Below, piece by piece: positions 40,431-54,900 of a DNA stretch of 64,000 bases. The notes under the pieces were generated by a model. The model saw only the letters and a list, made by a program, of their open reading frames with translations, ran no database searches and was not told the DNA's origin. This stretch comes from Eledone cirrhosa. Its lineage: Eukaryota. The translations under genes and the position numbers were made by a program. The stretch is from contig OZ024744.1 of NCBI GenBank assembly GCA_964016885.1, positions 19,220,001 through 19,284,000 on the forward strand, given 5' to 3'. Position 1 is the first letter of the stretch; every line of letters starts with the position of its first letter.

Positions 40431-42207
40431 GTGTTTCTGTATGTCTGTGTCACGGTGTATGTCACTGTATGTTTGTGTATGTATGTGTCACTGTGTATGT
40501 CACTGTATGTTTATGTATGTCTGTGTCACTGTGTATGTTACTGTGTGTTTCTGTATGTCTGTGTCACTGTGTATGTCACTGGGTGTTTCTGTATGTCTGT
40601 GTCACTGTGTATCTCGCTGTGTGTTTCTGTATGTCTGTGTATCTGTGTATGTCACTGTATGTTTCTGTATGTCTGTGTCACTGTGTATGTCACTGTATGT
40701 TTGTGTGTGTCTGTGTCACTATGTATGTCACTGTGTTTTTGCGTGTGTCTGTGTCACTGTGTATGTCACTGTGTGTTTGTGTATGTATGTGTCACTGTGT
40801 ATGTCACTGTGTGTTTCTGTATGTCTGTGTCACTGTGTATGTCACTGTGTGTTTCTGTATGTCTGTGCCACTGTGTATGTCACTGTATGTTTTTGTATGT
40901 CTGTGTCACTGTGTATGTCACTGTATGTTTTTGTATGTCTGTGTCACTGTGTATGTCACTGTGTTTATGTATGTCTGTGTCACTGTGTATGTCACTGTAT
41001 GTTTGTGTATGTCTGTGTCACCGTGTATGTCACTGTATATTTGTGTATGTCTGTGTCACTGTGTATGTCACTGTATCTTTGTGTATGTCTGTGTCACCGT
41101 GTATGTCACTGTATATTTGTGTATGTCAGTGGCACTATGTATGTCATTGTGTGTTTCTGTATGTCTGTGTCACTCTCTATGTCACTGTATCTTTGTGTAT
41201 GTCTGTGACACTGTGTATGTCACTGTGTTTTTGCGTGTGTCTGTGTCACTGTGTATGTCACTGTGTGTTTCTGTATGTCTGTGTCACTGTGTATGTCACT
41301 GTGTGTTTCTGTATGTCTGTGTCACTGTGTATGTCACTGTATGTTTGTGTGTGTCTGTGTCACTGTGTATGTCACTGTGTTTTTGCGTGTGTCTGTGTCA
41401 CTGTGTATGTCACTGTGTGTTTGTGTATGTCTGTGTCACTGTGTATGTCACTGTGTGTTTCTGTATGTCTGTGTCACTGTGTATATCACTGGATGTTTGG
41501 GTATGCCTGTGTCACTGTGTATGTCAATGTATGTCTCTGTATGTCTGTGTCTCTGTGTATGTCAATGTAACTTTGTGTGTGTCTGTGCCACTGTGTATGT
41601 CACTGTATCTTTGTGTGTGTCTGTATCACTGTGTATGTCACTGTATCTTTGTGTGTGTCTGTGTCACTATGTTTGTGTATGTCTGTGTCACTGTGTATGT
41701 CACTGTATGTTTCTGTATGTCTGTGTCACTGTGTATGTCAATGTGTGTTTCTGTATATCTGTGTCACGGCGTATGTCACTGTATGTTTGTGTATGTCTGT
41801 GTCACTGTGTATGTCACTGTGTGTTTCTGTATGTCTGTGTCATTGTGTATGTCACTGTATGTTTCTGTATGTCTGTGTCACTGTGTATATCACTGTGTAT
41901 ATCACTGTGTGTTCCTGTATGTCTGTGTCACTGTGTCTCTGTGTATGTTTCTGTATGTCTGTGTCACTGTGTATGTCACTGTATCTTTGTGTATGTATGT
42001 GTCACCGTGGATGTCACTGTATCTTTGTGTATGTCTGTGTCACTGTCAATGTCACTGTATCTTTGTGTATGTATGTGTCACTGTGTATGTCACTGTGTGT
42101 TTGTGTATGCATGTGTCAATGTGTATGTCACTGGGTGTTTCTGTGTGTCTGTGTCACTCTGTATGTCACTGTATCTTTGTGTATGTCTGTGTCACCGTGT
42201 ATGTCAC

Positions 42208-44898
42208 TGTATCTTTGTGTGTGTCTGTGTCACTGTGTATGTCACTGTATCTTTGTGTGTGTCTGTGTCACTGTGTATGTCACCCTATGTTTGTGTATGT
42301 CTGTGTCACTGTGTATGTCACTGTATGTTTCTGTATGTCTGTGTCAATGTGTATGCCAATGTGTGTTTCTGTATCTCTGTGTCACGGCGTATGTCACTGT
42401 ATGTTTGTGTATGTCTGTGTCACTGTCTATGTCACTGTGTGTTTCTGTATGTCTGTGTCATTGTGTACGTCACTGTATGTTTATGTATGTCTGTGTCACT
42501 GTGTATATCACTGTGTGTTCCTGTATGTCTGTGTCACTGTGTCTCTGTGTATGTTTGTGTATGTCTGTGTCACTGTGTATGTCACTGTATCTTTGTGTAT
42601 GTATGTGTCACCGTGGATGTCACTGTATCTTTGTGTATGTCTGTGTCAGTGTCAATGTCACTGTATCTTTGTGTATGTCTGTGTCACTGTGTATGTCACT
42701 GTGTGTTTGTGTATGCATGTGTCACTGTGTATGTCACTGGGTGTTTCTGTGTGTCTGTGTCACTCTGTATGTCACTGTATCTTTGTGTATGTCTGTGTCA
42801 CCGTGTATGTCACTGTATCTGTGTGTATGTATGTGTCACTGTGTATGTTACTTTGTGTTTCTGTATGTCTGTGTCACGGTGTATGTCACTGTATGTTTGT
42901 GTATGTCTGTGTCACTGTGTATGTCATTGTGAGTTTCTGTATGTCTGTGTCACTGTGTATGTCACTGTGTGTTTCTGTATGTTTGTGTCACTGTGTATGT
43001 CACTGTATCTTTGTGTATGTCTGTGTCACTGTGTATGTCACTGTGTGTTTCTGTATGTCTATGTCTCTGTGTATGTCACTGTATCTTTGTGTATGTCTGT
43101 GGCACTTTGTATGTCATTGTGTGTTTCTGTATGTCTGTGTCACTGTCTATGTCACTGTATATTTGTGTATGTCTGTGTCACTGTGTATGTCACTGTGTGT
43201 TTGTGTATGCCTGTGTCACTGTGTATGTCACTGTGTGTTTCTGTATGTCTGTGTCACTGTGTATGTCACTGGGTGTTTCTCTATGTCTGTGTCACTTTGT
43301 ATGTCACTGTATCTTTGTGTATATCTGTGTCACCGTGTATGTCACTGTATCTTTGTGTATGTATGTGTCACTGTGTATGTCACTGTGTGTTTCTGTATGT
43401 CTGTGTCTCTGTGTATGTCACTGTATCTATGTGTATGTCTGTGTCACTGTGTATGTCACTGTGTGTTTGTGTATGCCTGTGTGACTGTGTATTTCACTGT
43501 TTGTTTCTTTATGCCTATGTCACTGTGTATGTCACTGGGTGTTTCTGTATGTCTGTGTCACTCTGTATGTCACTGTATCTTTGTGTATGTCTCTGTCACC
43601 GTGTATGTCACTGTGTCTTTGTGTATGTGTGTGTCACCATGTAAGTAATTTATCTTTGTGTATATCTGTCACTGTGTATATCAATGTATGTTTATGTATG
43701 CCTGTGTCACTGTGTATATCAATGTATGTTTCTGTATGTCTATGTCTCTGTATGTCACTGTATCTTTGTGTATGACTGTGTCACTGTGTATGTCACTGTG
43801 TGTTTGTGTGTGTCTGTGTCACTGTGTATGTCACTGTATGTTTCTCTATGCCTGTGTCACTGTGTATGTAACTGTATGTTTCTGCATGTCTGTGCCACTG
43901 TGTATGTCACTGTATGTTTCTGTATGTCGGTGTCACTGTGTATGTCAATGTGTGTTTGTGTATGTATGTGTCACTGTGTATGTCACTGTATGTTTATGTA
44001 TGTCTGTGTCACTGTGTATGTTACTGTATGTTTCTGTATGTCTGTGTCACTGTGTATGTCACTGGGTGTTTCTGTATGTCTGTGTCACTGTGTATCTCGC
44101 TGTGTGTTTCTGTATGTCTGTGTATCTGTGTATGTCACTGTATATTTGTGTATGTCTGTGTCACTATGTATGTCACTGTGTGTTTCTGTATGTCTGTGTC
44201 ACTGTGTATGTCACTGTATGTTTCTGTATGTCTGTGTCACTGTGTATGTCAATGTGTTTGTATGTGTTTGTGTCACTGTGTATGTCACTGTATGTTTCTG
44301 TATGTCTGTGTCACTGTGTATGTCACTGTATGTTTGTGTGTGTCTGTGTCACTGTGTATGTCACTGTGTTTTTGCGTGTGTCTGTGTCACTGTGTATGTC
44401 ACTGTGTGTTTGTGTATGTATGTGTCACTGTGTATGTCACTGTGTGTTTCTGTATGTCTGTGTCACTGTGTATGTCACTGTGTGTTTCTGTATGTCTGTG
44501 CCACTGTGTATGTCATTGTGAGTTTCTGTATGTCTGTGTCACTGTGTATGTCACTGTGTGTTTCTGTATGTTTGTGTCACTGTGTATGTCACTGTATCTT
44601 TGTGTATGTCTGTGTCACTGTGTATGTCACTGTGTGTTTCTGTATGTCTATGTCTCTGTGTATGTCACTGTATCTTTGTGTATGTCTGTGGCACTGTGTA
44701 TGTCACCCTATGTTTGTGTATGTCTGTGTCACTGTGTATGTCACTGTATGTCTCTGTATGTCTGTGTCACTGTGTATGTCACTGTATCTTTGTGTGTGTC
44801 TGTGTCACTGTGTATGTCACTGTATCTTTGTGTGTGTCTGTGTCACTGTGTATGTCACCCTATGTTTGTGTATGTCTGTGTCACTGTGTATGTCACTG
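42208..44898. repeat. Segmental duplicate of ~33500-36190 (offset 8708 bp); ends approximate
   Basis: Matching ORF pairs: 34261/42969, 34831/43539, 34950/43658, 35206/43914, 35850/44558. Confidence 0.8.
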
Positions 44899-45922
44899 TG
44901 TGTTTCTGTATGTCTTTGTATCTGTGTATGTCACTGTATGTTTGTGTATGTCTGTGTCACTGTATCTTTGTGTGTGTCTGTGTCACTGTGTATGTCACTG
45001 TATCTTTGTGTGTGTCTGTGTCACTGTGTATGTCACCCTATGTTTGTGTATGTCTGTGTCACTGTGTATGTCACTGTATGTTTCTGTATGTCTGTGTCAA
45101 TGTGTATGCCAATGTGTGTTTCTGTATCTCTGTGTCACGGCGTATGTCACTGTATGTTTGTGTATGTCTGTGTCACTGTCTATGTCACTGTGTGTTTCTG
45201 TATGTCTGTGTCATTGTGTACGTCACTGTATGTTTCTGTATGTCTGTGTCACTGTGTATATCACTGTGTGTTCCTGTATGTCTGTGTCACTGTGTCTCTG
45301 TGTATGTTTGTGTATGTCTGTGTCACTGTGTATGTCACTGTATCTTTGTGTATGTATGTGTCACCGTGGATGTCACTGTATCTTTGTGTATGTCTGTGTC
45401 AGTGTCAATGTCACTGTATCTTTGTGTATGTCTGTGTCACTGTGTATGTCACTGTGTGTTTGTGTATGCATGTGTCACTGTGTATGTCACTGGGTGTTTC
45501 TGTGTGTCTGTGTCACTCTGTATGTCACTGTATCTTTGTGTATGTCTGTGTCACCGTGTATGTCACTGTATCTGTGTGTATGTATGTGTCACTGTGTATG
45601 TTACTTTGTGTTTCTGTATGTCTGTGTCACGGTGTATGTCACTGTATGTTTGTGTATGTCTGTGTCACTGTGTATGTCATTGTGAGTTTCTGTATGTCTG
45701 TGTCACTGTGTATGTCACTGTGTGTTTCTGTATGTTTGTGTCACTGTGTATGTCACTGTATCTTTGTGTATGTCTGTGTCACTGTGTATGTCACTGTGTG
45801 TTTCTGTATGTCTATGTCTCTGTGTATGTCACTGTATCTTTGTGTATGTCTGTGGCACTTTGTATGTCATTGTGTGTTTCTGTATGTCTGTGTCACTGTC
45901 TATGTCACTGTATATTTGTGTA

Positions 45923-48900
45923 TGTCTGTGTCACTGTGTATGTCACTGTATGTTTCTCTATGTCTGTGTCACTGTGTATGTAACTGTATGTTTCTGCATG
46001 TCTGTGCCACTGTGTATGTCACTGTATGTTTCTGTATGTCGGTGTCACTGTGTATGTCAATGTGTGTTTGTGTATGTATGTGTCACTGTGTATGTCACTG
46101 TATGTTTATGTATGTCTGTGTCACTGTGTATGTTACTGTATGTTTCTGTATGTCTGTGTCACTGTGTATGTCACTGGGTGTTTCTGTATGTCTGTGTCAC
46201 TGTGTATCTCGCTGTGTGTTTCTGTATGTCTGTGTATCTGTGTATGTCACTGTATCTTTGTGTATGGCTGTGTCACTATGTATGTCACTGTGTGTTTCTG
46301 TATGTCTGTGTCACTGTGTATGTCACTGTATGTTTCTGTATGTCTGTGTCACTGTGTATGTCAATGTGTTTGTATGTGTTTGTGTCACTGTGTATGTCAC
46401 TGTATGTTTCTGTATGTCTGTGTCACTGTGTATGTCACTGTATGTTTGTGTGTGTCTGTGTCACTGTGTATGTCACTGTGTTTTTGCGTGTGTCTGTGTC
46501 ACTGTGTATGTCACTGTGTGTTTGTGTATGTATGTGTCACTGTGTATGTCACTGTGTGTTTCTGTATGTCTGTGTCACTGTGTATGTCACTGTGTGTTTC
46601 TGTATGTCTGTGCCACTGTGTATGTCACTGTATGTTTTTGTATGTCTGTGTCACTGTGTATGTCACTGTATGTTTTTGTATGTCTGTGTCACTGTGTATG
46701 TCACTGTGTTTATGTATGTCTGAGTCACTGTGTATGTCACTGTATGTTTGTGTATGTCTGTGTCACCGTGTATGTCACTGTATATTTGTGTATGTCTGTG
46801 TCACTGTGTATGTCACTGTATCTTTGTGTATGTCTGTGTCACCGTGTATGTCACTGTATATTTGTGTATGTCAGTGGCACTATGTATGTCATTGTGTGTT
46901 TCTGTATGTCTGTGTCACTCTCTATGTCACTGTATCTTTGTGTATGTCTGTGACACTGTGTATGTCACTGTGTTTTTGCGTGTGTCTGTGTCACTGTGTA
47001 TGTCACTGTGTGTTTCTGTATGTCTGTGTCACTGTGTATGTCACTGTGTGTTTCTGTATGTCTGTGTCACTGTGTATGTCACTGTATGTTTGTGTGTGTC
47101 TGTGTCACTGTGTATGTCACTGTGTTTTTGCGTGTGTCTGTGTCACTGTGTATGTCACTGTGTGTTTGTGTATGTCTGTGTCACTGTGTATGTCACTGTG
47201 TGTTTATGTATGTATGTGTCACTGTGTATGTAACTGTATATTTGTGTATGTTTGTGTCACTGTGTATGTCACTGTCTGTTTATGTATGTCTGTGTAACTG
47301 TTTGTGTCACTGTGTGTTTCTGTATGCCTGTGTCTCTGTTTATGTCAATGTGTCTTTGTATATGTCTGTGTCACGGCGTATGTCACTGTATGTTTGTGTA
47401 TGTCTGTGTCACTGTGTATGTCACTGTGTGTTTCTGTATGTCTGTGTCACTGTGTATATCACTGGATGTTTGGGTATGCCTGTGTCACTGTGTATGTCAA
47501 TGTATGTCTCTGTATGTCTGTGTCTCTGTGTATGTCAATGTAACTTTGTGTGTGTCTGTGCCACTGTGTATGTCACTGTATCTTTGTGTGTGTCTGTATC
47601 ACTGTGTATGTCACTGTATCTTTGTGTGTGTCTGTGTCACTATGTTTGTGTATGTCTGTGTCACTGTGTATGTCACTGTATGTTTCTGTATGTCTGTGTC
47701 ACTGTGTATGTCAATGTGTGTTTCTGTATATCTGTGTCACGGCGTATGTCACTGTATGTTTGTGTATGTCTGTGTCACTGTGTATGTCACTGTGTGTTTC
47801 TGTATGTCTGTGTCATTGTGTATGTCACTGTATGTTTCTGTATGTCTGTGTCACTGTGTATATCACTGTGTATATCACTGTGTGTTCCTGTATGTCTGTG
47901 TCACTGTGTCTCTGTGTATGTTTCTGTATGTCTGTGTCACTGTGTATGTCACTGTATCTTTGTGTATGTATGTGTCACCGTGGATGTCACTGTATCTTTG
48001 TGTATGTCTGTGTCACTGTCAATGTCACTGTATCTTTGTGTATGTCTGTGTCACTGTGTATGTCACTGTGTGTTTGTGTATGCATGTGTCAATGTGTATG
48101 TCACTGGGTGTTTCTGTGTGTCTGTGTCACTCTGTATGTCACTGTATCTTTGTGTATGTCTGTGTCACCGTGTATGTCACTGTATCTTTGTGTATGTATG
48201 TGTCACTGTGTATGTCACTTTGTGTTTCTGTATGTCTGTGTCACGGTGTATGTCATTGTATGTTTGTGTATGTCATTGTGAGTTTCTGTATGTCATTGTG
48301 AGTTTCTGTATGTCTGTGTCACTGTGTATGTCACTGTGTGTTTCTGTATGTCTGTGTCACTGTGTATGTCATTGTGTGTTTGTGTATGCCTGTGTCTGTG
48401 TATGTCACTGTATCTTTGTGTATGTCTGTGGCACTCTGTATGTCATTGTGTGTTTCTGTATGTCTGTGTCACTGTCTATGTCACTGTATCTTTGTGTATG
48501 TCTGTGTCACTGTGTATGTCACTGTGTGTTTGTGTATGCCTGTGTCACTGTGTACGTCACTGTATGTTTCTGTATGTCTGTGTCACTGTGTATATCACTG
48601 TGTGTTCCTGTATGTCTGTGTCACTGTGTCTCTGTGTATGTTTGTGTATGTCTGTGTCACTGTGTATGTCACTGTATCTTTGTGTATGTATGTGTCACCG
48701 TGGATGTCACTGTATCTTTGTGTATGTCTGTGTCAGTGTCAATGTCACTGGGTGTTTCTGTATGTCTGTGTCACTGTGTATGTCACTGTGTGTTTGTGTA
48801 TGCATGTGTCACTGTGTATGTCACTGGGTGTTTCTGTGTGTCTGTGTCACTCTGTATGTCACTGTATCTTTGTGTATGTCTGTGTCACCGTGTATGTCAC

Positions 48901-51900
48901 TGTATCTGTGTGTATGTATGTGTCACTGTGTATGTTACTTTGTGTTTCTGTATGTCTGTGTCACGGTGTATGTCACTGTATGTTTGTGTATGTCTGTGTC
49001 ACTGTGTATGTCATTGTGAGTTTCTGTATGTCTGTGTCACTGTGTATGTCACTGTGTGTTTCTGTATGTTTGTGTCACTGTGTATGTCACTGTATCTTTG
49101 TGTATGTCTGTGTCACTGTGTATGTCACTGTGTGTTTCTGTATGTCTATGTCTCTGTGTATGTCACTGTATCTTTGTGTATGTCTGTGGCACTTTGTATG
49201 TCATTGTGTGTTTCTGTATGTCTGTGTCACTGTCTATGTCACTGTATATTTGTGTATGTCTGTGTCACTGTGTATGTCACTGTGTGTTTGTGTATGCCTG
49301 TGTCACTGTGTATGTCACTGTGTGTTTCTGTATGTCTGTGTCACTGTGTATGTCACTGGGTGTTTCTCTATGTCTGTATCACTTTGTATGTCACTGTATC
49401 TTTGTGTATTTCTGTGTCACCGTGTATGTCACTGTATCTTTGTGTATGTATGTGTCACTGTGTATGTCACTGTGTGTTTCTGTATGTCTGTGTCTCTGTG
49501 TATGTCACTGTATCTCTGTGTATGTGTGTGTCACTGTGTATGTCACTGTGTGTTTGTGTATGCCTGTGTGACTGTGTATTTCACTGTTTGTTTCTGTATG
49601 CCTGTGTCACTGTGTATGTCACTGGGTGTTTCTGTATGTCTGTGTCACTCTGTATGTCACTGTATCTTTGTGTATGTCTCTGTCACCGTGTATGTCACTG
49701 TGTCTTTGTGTATGTGTGTGTCACCATGTAAGTAATTTATCTTTGTGTATGTCTGTCACTGTGTATATCAATGTATGTTTATGTATGCATGTGTCACTGT
49801 GTATATCAATGTATGTTTCTGTATGTCTATGTCTCTGTATGTCACTGTATCTTTGTGTATGACTGTGTCACTGTGTATGTCACTGTGTGTTTGTGTGTGT
49901 CTGTGTCACTGTGTATGTCACTGTATGTTTCTCTATGTCTGTGTCACTGTGTATGTAACTGTATGTTTCTGCATGTCTGTGCCACTGTGTATGTCACTGT
50001 ATGTTTCTGTATGTCGGTGTCACTGTGTATGTCAATGTGTGTTTCTGTATGTCTGTGTCACGGTGTATGTCACTGTATGTTTGTGTATGTATGTGTCACT
50101 GTGTATGTCACTGTATGTTTATGTATGTCTGTGTCACTGTGTATGTTACTGTGTGTTTCTGTATGTCTGTGTCACTGTGTATGTCACTGGGTGTTTCTGT
50201 ATGTCTGTGTCACTGTGTATCTCGCTGTGTGTTTCTGTATGTCTGTGTATCTGTGTATGTCACTGTATCTTTGTGTATGTCTGTGTCACTATGTATGTCA
50301 CTGTGTGTTTCTGTATGTCTGTGTCACTCTCTATGTCACTGTATCTTTGTGTATGTCTGTGACACTGTGTATGTCACTGTGTTTTTGCGTGTGTCTGTGT
50401 CACTGTGTATGTCACTGTGTGTTTCTGTATGTCTGTGTCACTGTGTATGTCACTGTGTGTTTCTGTATGTCTGTGTCACTGTGTATGTCACTGTATGTTT
50501 GTGTGTGTCTGTGTCACTGTGTATGTCACTGTGTTTTTGCGTGTGTCTGTGTCACTGTGTATGTCACTGTGTGTTTGTGTATGTCTGTGTCACTGTGTAT
50601 GTCACTGTGTGTTTCTGTATGTATGTGTCACTGTGTATGTAACTGTATATTTGTGTATGTTTGTGTCACTGTGTATGTCACTGTCTGTTTATGTATGTCT
50701 GTGTAACTGTTTGTGTCACTGTGTGTTTCTGTATGCCTGTGTCTCTGTTTATGTCAATGTGTCTTTGTATATGTCTGTGTCACGGCGTATGTCACTGTAT
50801 GTTTGTGTATGTCTGTGTCACTGTGTATGTCACTGTGTGTTTCTGTATGTCTGTGTCACTGTGTATATCACTGGATGTTTGGGTATGCCTGTGTCACTGT
50901 GTATGTCAATGTATGTCTCTGTATGTCTGTGTCTCTGTGTATGTCAATGTAACTTTGTGTGTGTCTGTGCCACTGTGTATGTCACTGTATCTTTGTGTGT
51001 GTCTGTATCACTGTGTATGTCACTGTATCTTTGTGTGTGTCTGTGTCACTATGTTTGTGTATGTCTGTGTCACTGTGTATGTCACTGTATGTTTCTGTAT
51101 GTCTGTGTCACTGTGTATGTCAATGTGTGTTTCTGTATATCTGTGTCACGGCGTATGTCACTGTATGTTTGTGTATGTCTGTGTCACTGTGTATGTCACT
51201 GTGTGTTTCTGTATGTCTGTGTCATTGTGTATGTCACTGTATGTTTCTGTATGTCTGTGTCACTGTGTATATCACTGTGTATATCACTGTGTGTTCCTGT
51301 ATGTCTGTGTCACTGTGTCTCTGTGTATGTTTCTGTATGTCTGTGTCACTGTGTATGTCACTGTATCTTTGTGTATGTATGTGTCACCGTGGATGTCACT
51401 GTATCTTTGTGTATGTCTGTGTCACTGTCAATGTCACTGTATCTTTGTGTATGTATGTGTCACTGTGTATGTCACTGTGTGTTTGTGTATGCATGTGTCA
51501 ATGTGTATGTCACTGGGTGTTTCTGTGTGTCTGTGTCACTCTGTATGTCACTGTATCTTTGTGTATGTCTGTGTCACCGTGTATGTCACTGTATCTTTGT
51601 GTATGTATGTGTCACTGTGTATGTCACTTTGTGTTTCTGTATGTCTGTGTCACGGTGTATGTCACTGTATCTTTGTGTATGTCTGTGTCACCGTGTATGT
51701 CACTGTATATTTGTGTATGTCTATGGCACTATGTATGTCATTGTGTGTTTCTGTATGTATGTGTCACTGTGTATGTCACTGTATGGTTGTGTATGTCTGT
51801 GTCACTGTGTATGTAACTGTATGTTTCTGTATGCCTGTGTCTCTGTGTATGTCAATGTGTATTTGTGTATGCCTGTGTCACGGCGTATGTCACTGTGTGT

Positions 51901-54900
51901 TTCTGTACGTCTGTGTCACTGTGTATGTCACTGTATGTTTGTGTATGCCTGTGTCACTGTGTATGTCAATGTATGTCTCTGTATGTCTGTGTCTCTGTAT
52001 ATGTCAATGTGTCTTTGTGTGTGTCTGTGTCACTGTGTATGTCACTGTATCTTTGTGTGTGTCTGTGTCACAGTGTATGTCACTGTATCTTTGTGTGTGT
52101 CTGTGTCACTCTGTATGTCACCCTATGTTTGTGTATGTCTGTATCACTGTGTATGTCACTGTATGTTTCTGTATGTCTGTGTCACTGTGTATGTCAATGT
52201 GTGTTTCTGTATCTCTGTGTCACGGTGTATGTCACTGTATGTTTGTGTATGTCTGTGTCACTGTGTATGTCACAGTGTGTTTCTGTATGTCTGTGTCACT
52301 GTGTATGTCACTGTATGTCTCTGTATGTCTGAGTCACTGTATATGTCACCGTATCGTTGTGTATGTCTGTGTCACTGTGTATGTCACTGTGTGTTTCTCA
52401 ATGTCTGTGTCACTGTGTATGTCACTGTGTGTTTCTGTATGTCTGTGTCTCTGTGTATGTCACTGTATCTTTGTGTATATCTGTGTCACTGTGTATGTCA
52501 CTGTGTGTTTCTGTATGTCAGTGTCACTGTTTATGTCACTGTGTGTTTATGTATATCTGTGTCTCTCTGTATGTCACTGTATCTATGTGTATGTCTGTGT
52601 CACTGTGTATGTCACTGTGTTTTTGCGTGTGTCTGTGTCACTGTGTATGCCACTGTGTGTTTGTGTATGTATGTGTCACTGTGTATGTCACTGTGTGTTT
52701 CTGTATGTCTGCGTCGCTGTGTATGTCACTGTGTGTTTCTGTATGTCTGTGTCACTGTGTATGTCACTGTATGTTTTTGTATGTCTGTGTCACTGTGAAT
52801 GCCACTGTATTTTTGTGTATGTCTGTGTCACTGTGTGTGTCACTGTGTATGTCACTGTATGCTTCTGTATGTCTGTGTCACTGTGTATGTCACTGTGTGT
52901 TTCTGTATGTCTGTGTCACTGTGTATGTCACTGTATGTTTTTGTATGTCTGTGTCACTGTGTATGTCACTGTATGTTTTTGTATGTCTGTGTCACTGTGT
53001 ATGTCACTGTGTGTTTATGTATGTCTGTGTCACTGTGTATGTCACTGTATCTTTGTGTATGGCTGTGTCACTGTGTATGTCACTGTGTGTTTGGGTATGT
53101 CTGTGTCACTGTGTATTTGTGTATGGCTGTGCCACTGTGTATGTCACTGTATGTTGTGTATGTTTGTGTCACTGTGTATGTCACTGTATTTTTGTGTATG
53201 TCTGTGTCACCGTGTATGTCACTGTATATTTGTGTATGTCTGTGTCACTGTGTATGTCACTGTATCTTTGTGTATGTCTGTGTCACGGTGTATGTCACTG
53301 TATATGTGTGTATGTCTATGGCACTATGTATGTCATTGTGTGTTTCTGTATGTCTGTGTCACTGTCTATGTCACTGTATCTTTGTGTATGTATGTGTCAC
53401 TGCGTATGTCACTGGGTGTTTCTGTATGTCTGTGTCACTGTATATCACTGTATCTTTGTGTATGTCTGTGTCACCGTGTATGCCATTGTATCTTTGTGTA
53501 TGTCTATGTCACTGTGTATGTCACTGTATCTTTGTGTATGTCTGTGTCACTGTGTATGTCACTGTGTGTTTCTGTATGTCTGTGTCAAGGTGTATGTCAC
53601 TGTATGTTTGTGTATGTCTGTGTCACTGTGTATGTCACTGTGAGATTATGTATGTCTGAGGCACTGTGTATGTCACAGTGTGTTTCTGTATGTCTGTGTC
53701 ACTGTGTATGTCACTGTATGTCTCTGTATGTCTGTGTCACTGTCTATGTCACTGTATCGTTGTGAATGTCTGTGTCACTGTGTATGTCACTGTGTGTTTC
53801 TCAATGTATGTGTCACTGTGTATGTCACTGTGTGTTTCTGTATATCTGTGTCTCTGTGTATGTCACTGTATTTGTGTGTATGTCTGTGTCACTGTGTATG
53901 TCACTGTATATGTGTGTATGTCTGTGTCACTGTGTATGTCTGTGTCACTGTGTATGTCACTGTGTGTTTCTGTATGTATGTGTCACTGTGTATGTAACTG
54001 TATATTTGTGTATGTTTGTGTCACTGTGTATGTCACTGTCTGTTTATGTATGTCTGTGTCACTGTTTGTGTCACTGTGTGTTTCTGTATGCCTGTGTCTC
54101 TGTGTATGTCAATGTGTCTTTGTATATGTCTGTGTCACGGCGTATGTCACTGTATGTTTGTGTATGTCTGTGTCACTGTGTATGTCACTGTGTGTTTCTG
54201 TATGTCTGTATCACTGTGTATATCACTGTATGTTTGTGTATGCCTGTGTCACTGTGTATGTCAATGTATGTCTCTGTATGTCTGTGTCACTGTGTATGTC
54301 ACTGTATCTTTGTGTGTGTCTGTGTCACTGTGTATGTCACTGTATCTTTGTGTGTGTCTGTGTCACTGTGTATGTCACCCTATGTTTGTGTATGTCTGTG
54401 TCACTGTGTATGTCACTGTATGTTTCTGTATGTCTGTGTCACTGTGTATGTCAATGTGTGTTTCTGTATCTCTGTGTCACGGCGTATGTCACTGTATGTT
54501 TGTGTATGTCTGTGTCAATGTGTATGTCACTGTATGTTTGTGTATGTCTGTGTCACTGTCTATGTCACTGTGTGTTTCTCTATGTCTGTGTCATTGTGTA
54601 TGTCACTGTATGTTTCTGTATGTCTGTGTCACTGTGTATATCACTGTGTATATCACTGTGTGTTCCTGTATGTCTGTGTCACTGTGTCTCTGTGTATGTT
54701 TGTGTATGTATGTGTCACCGTGGATGTTACTGTATCTTTGTGTATGTCTGTGTCACTGTGTATGTCACTGTGTGTTTGTGTATGCATGTGTCACTGTGTA
54801 TGTCACTGGGTGTTTCTGTGTGTATGTGTCACTCTGTATGTCACTGTATCTTTGTGTATGTCTGTGTCACCGTGTATGTCACTGTATGTTTGTGTATGTC

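Larger units (their letters stand above)
22501..45922. repeat. 23,422-bp higher-order unit, copy 1
   Basis: Landmark ORFs recur at exactly +23422 (22604/46026, 23574/46996, 27239/50661, 30244/53666, 35850/59272, 40018/63440). The last mismatch before identity begins is at 22500/45922. Confidence 0.93.
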
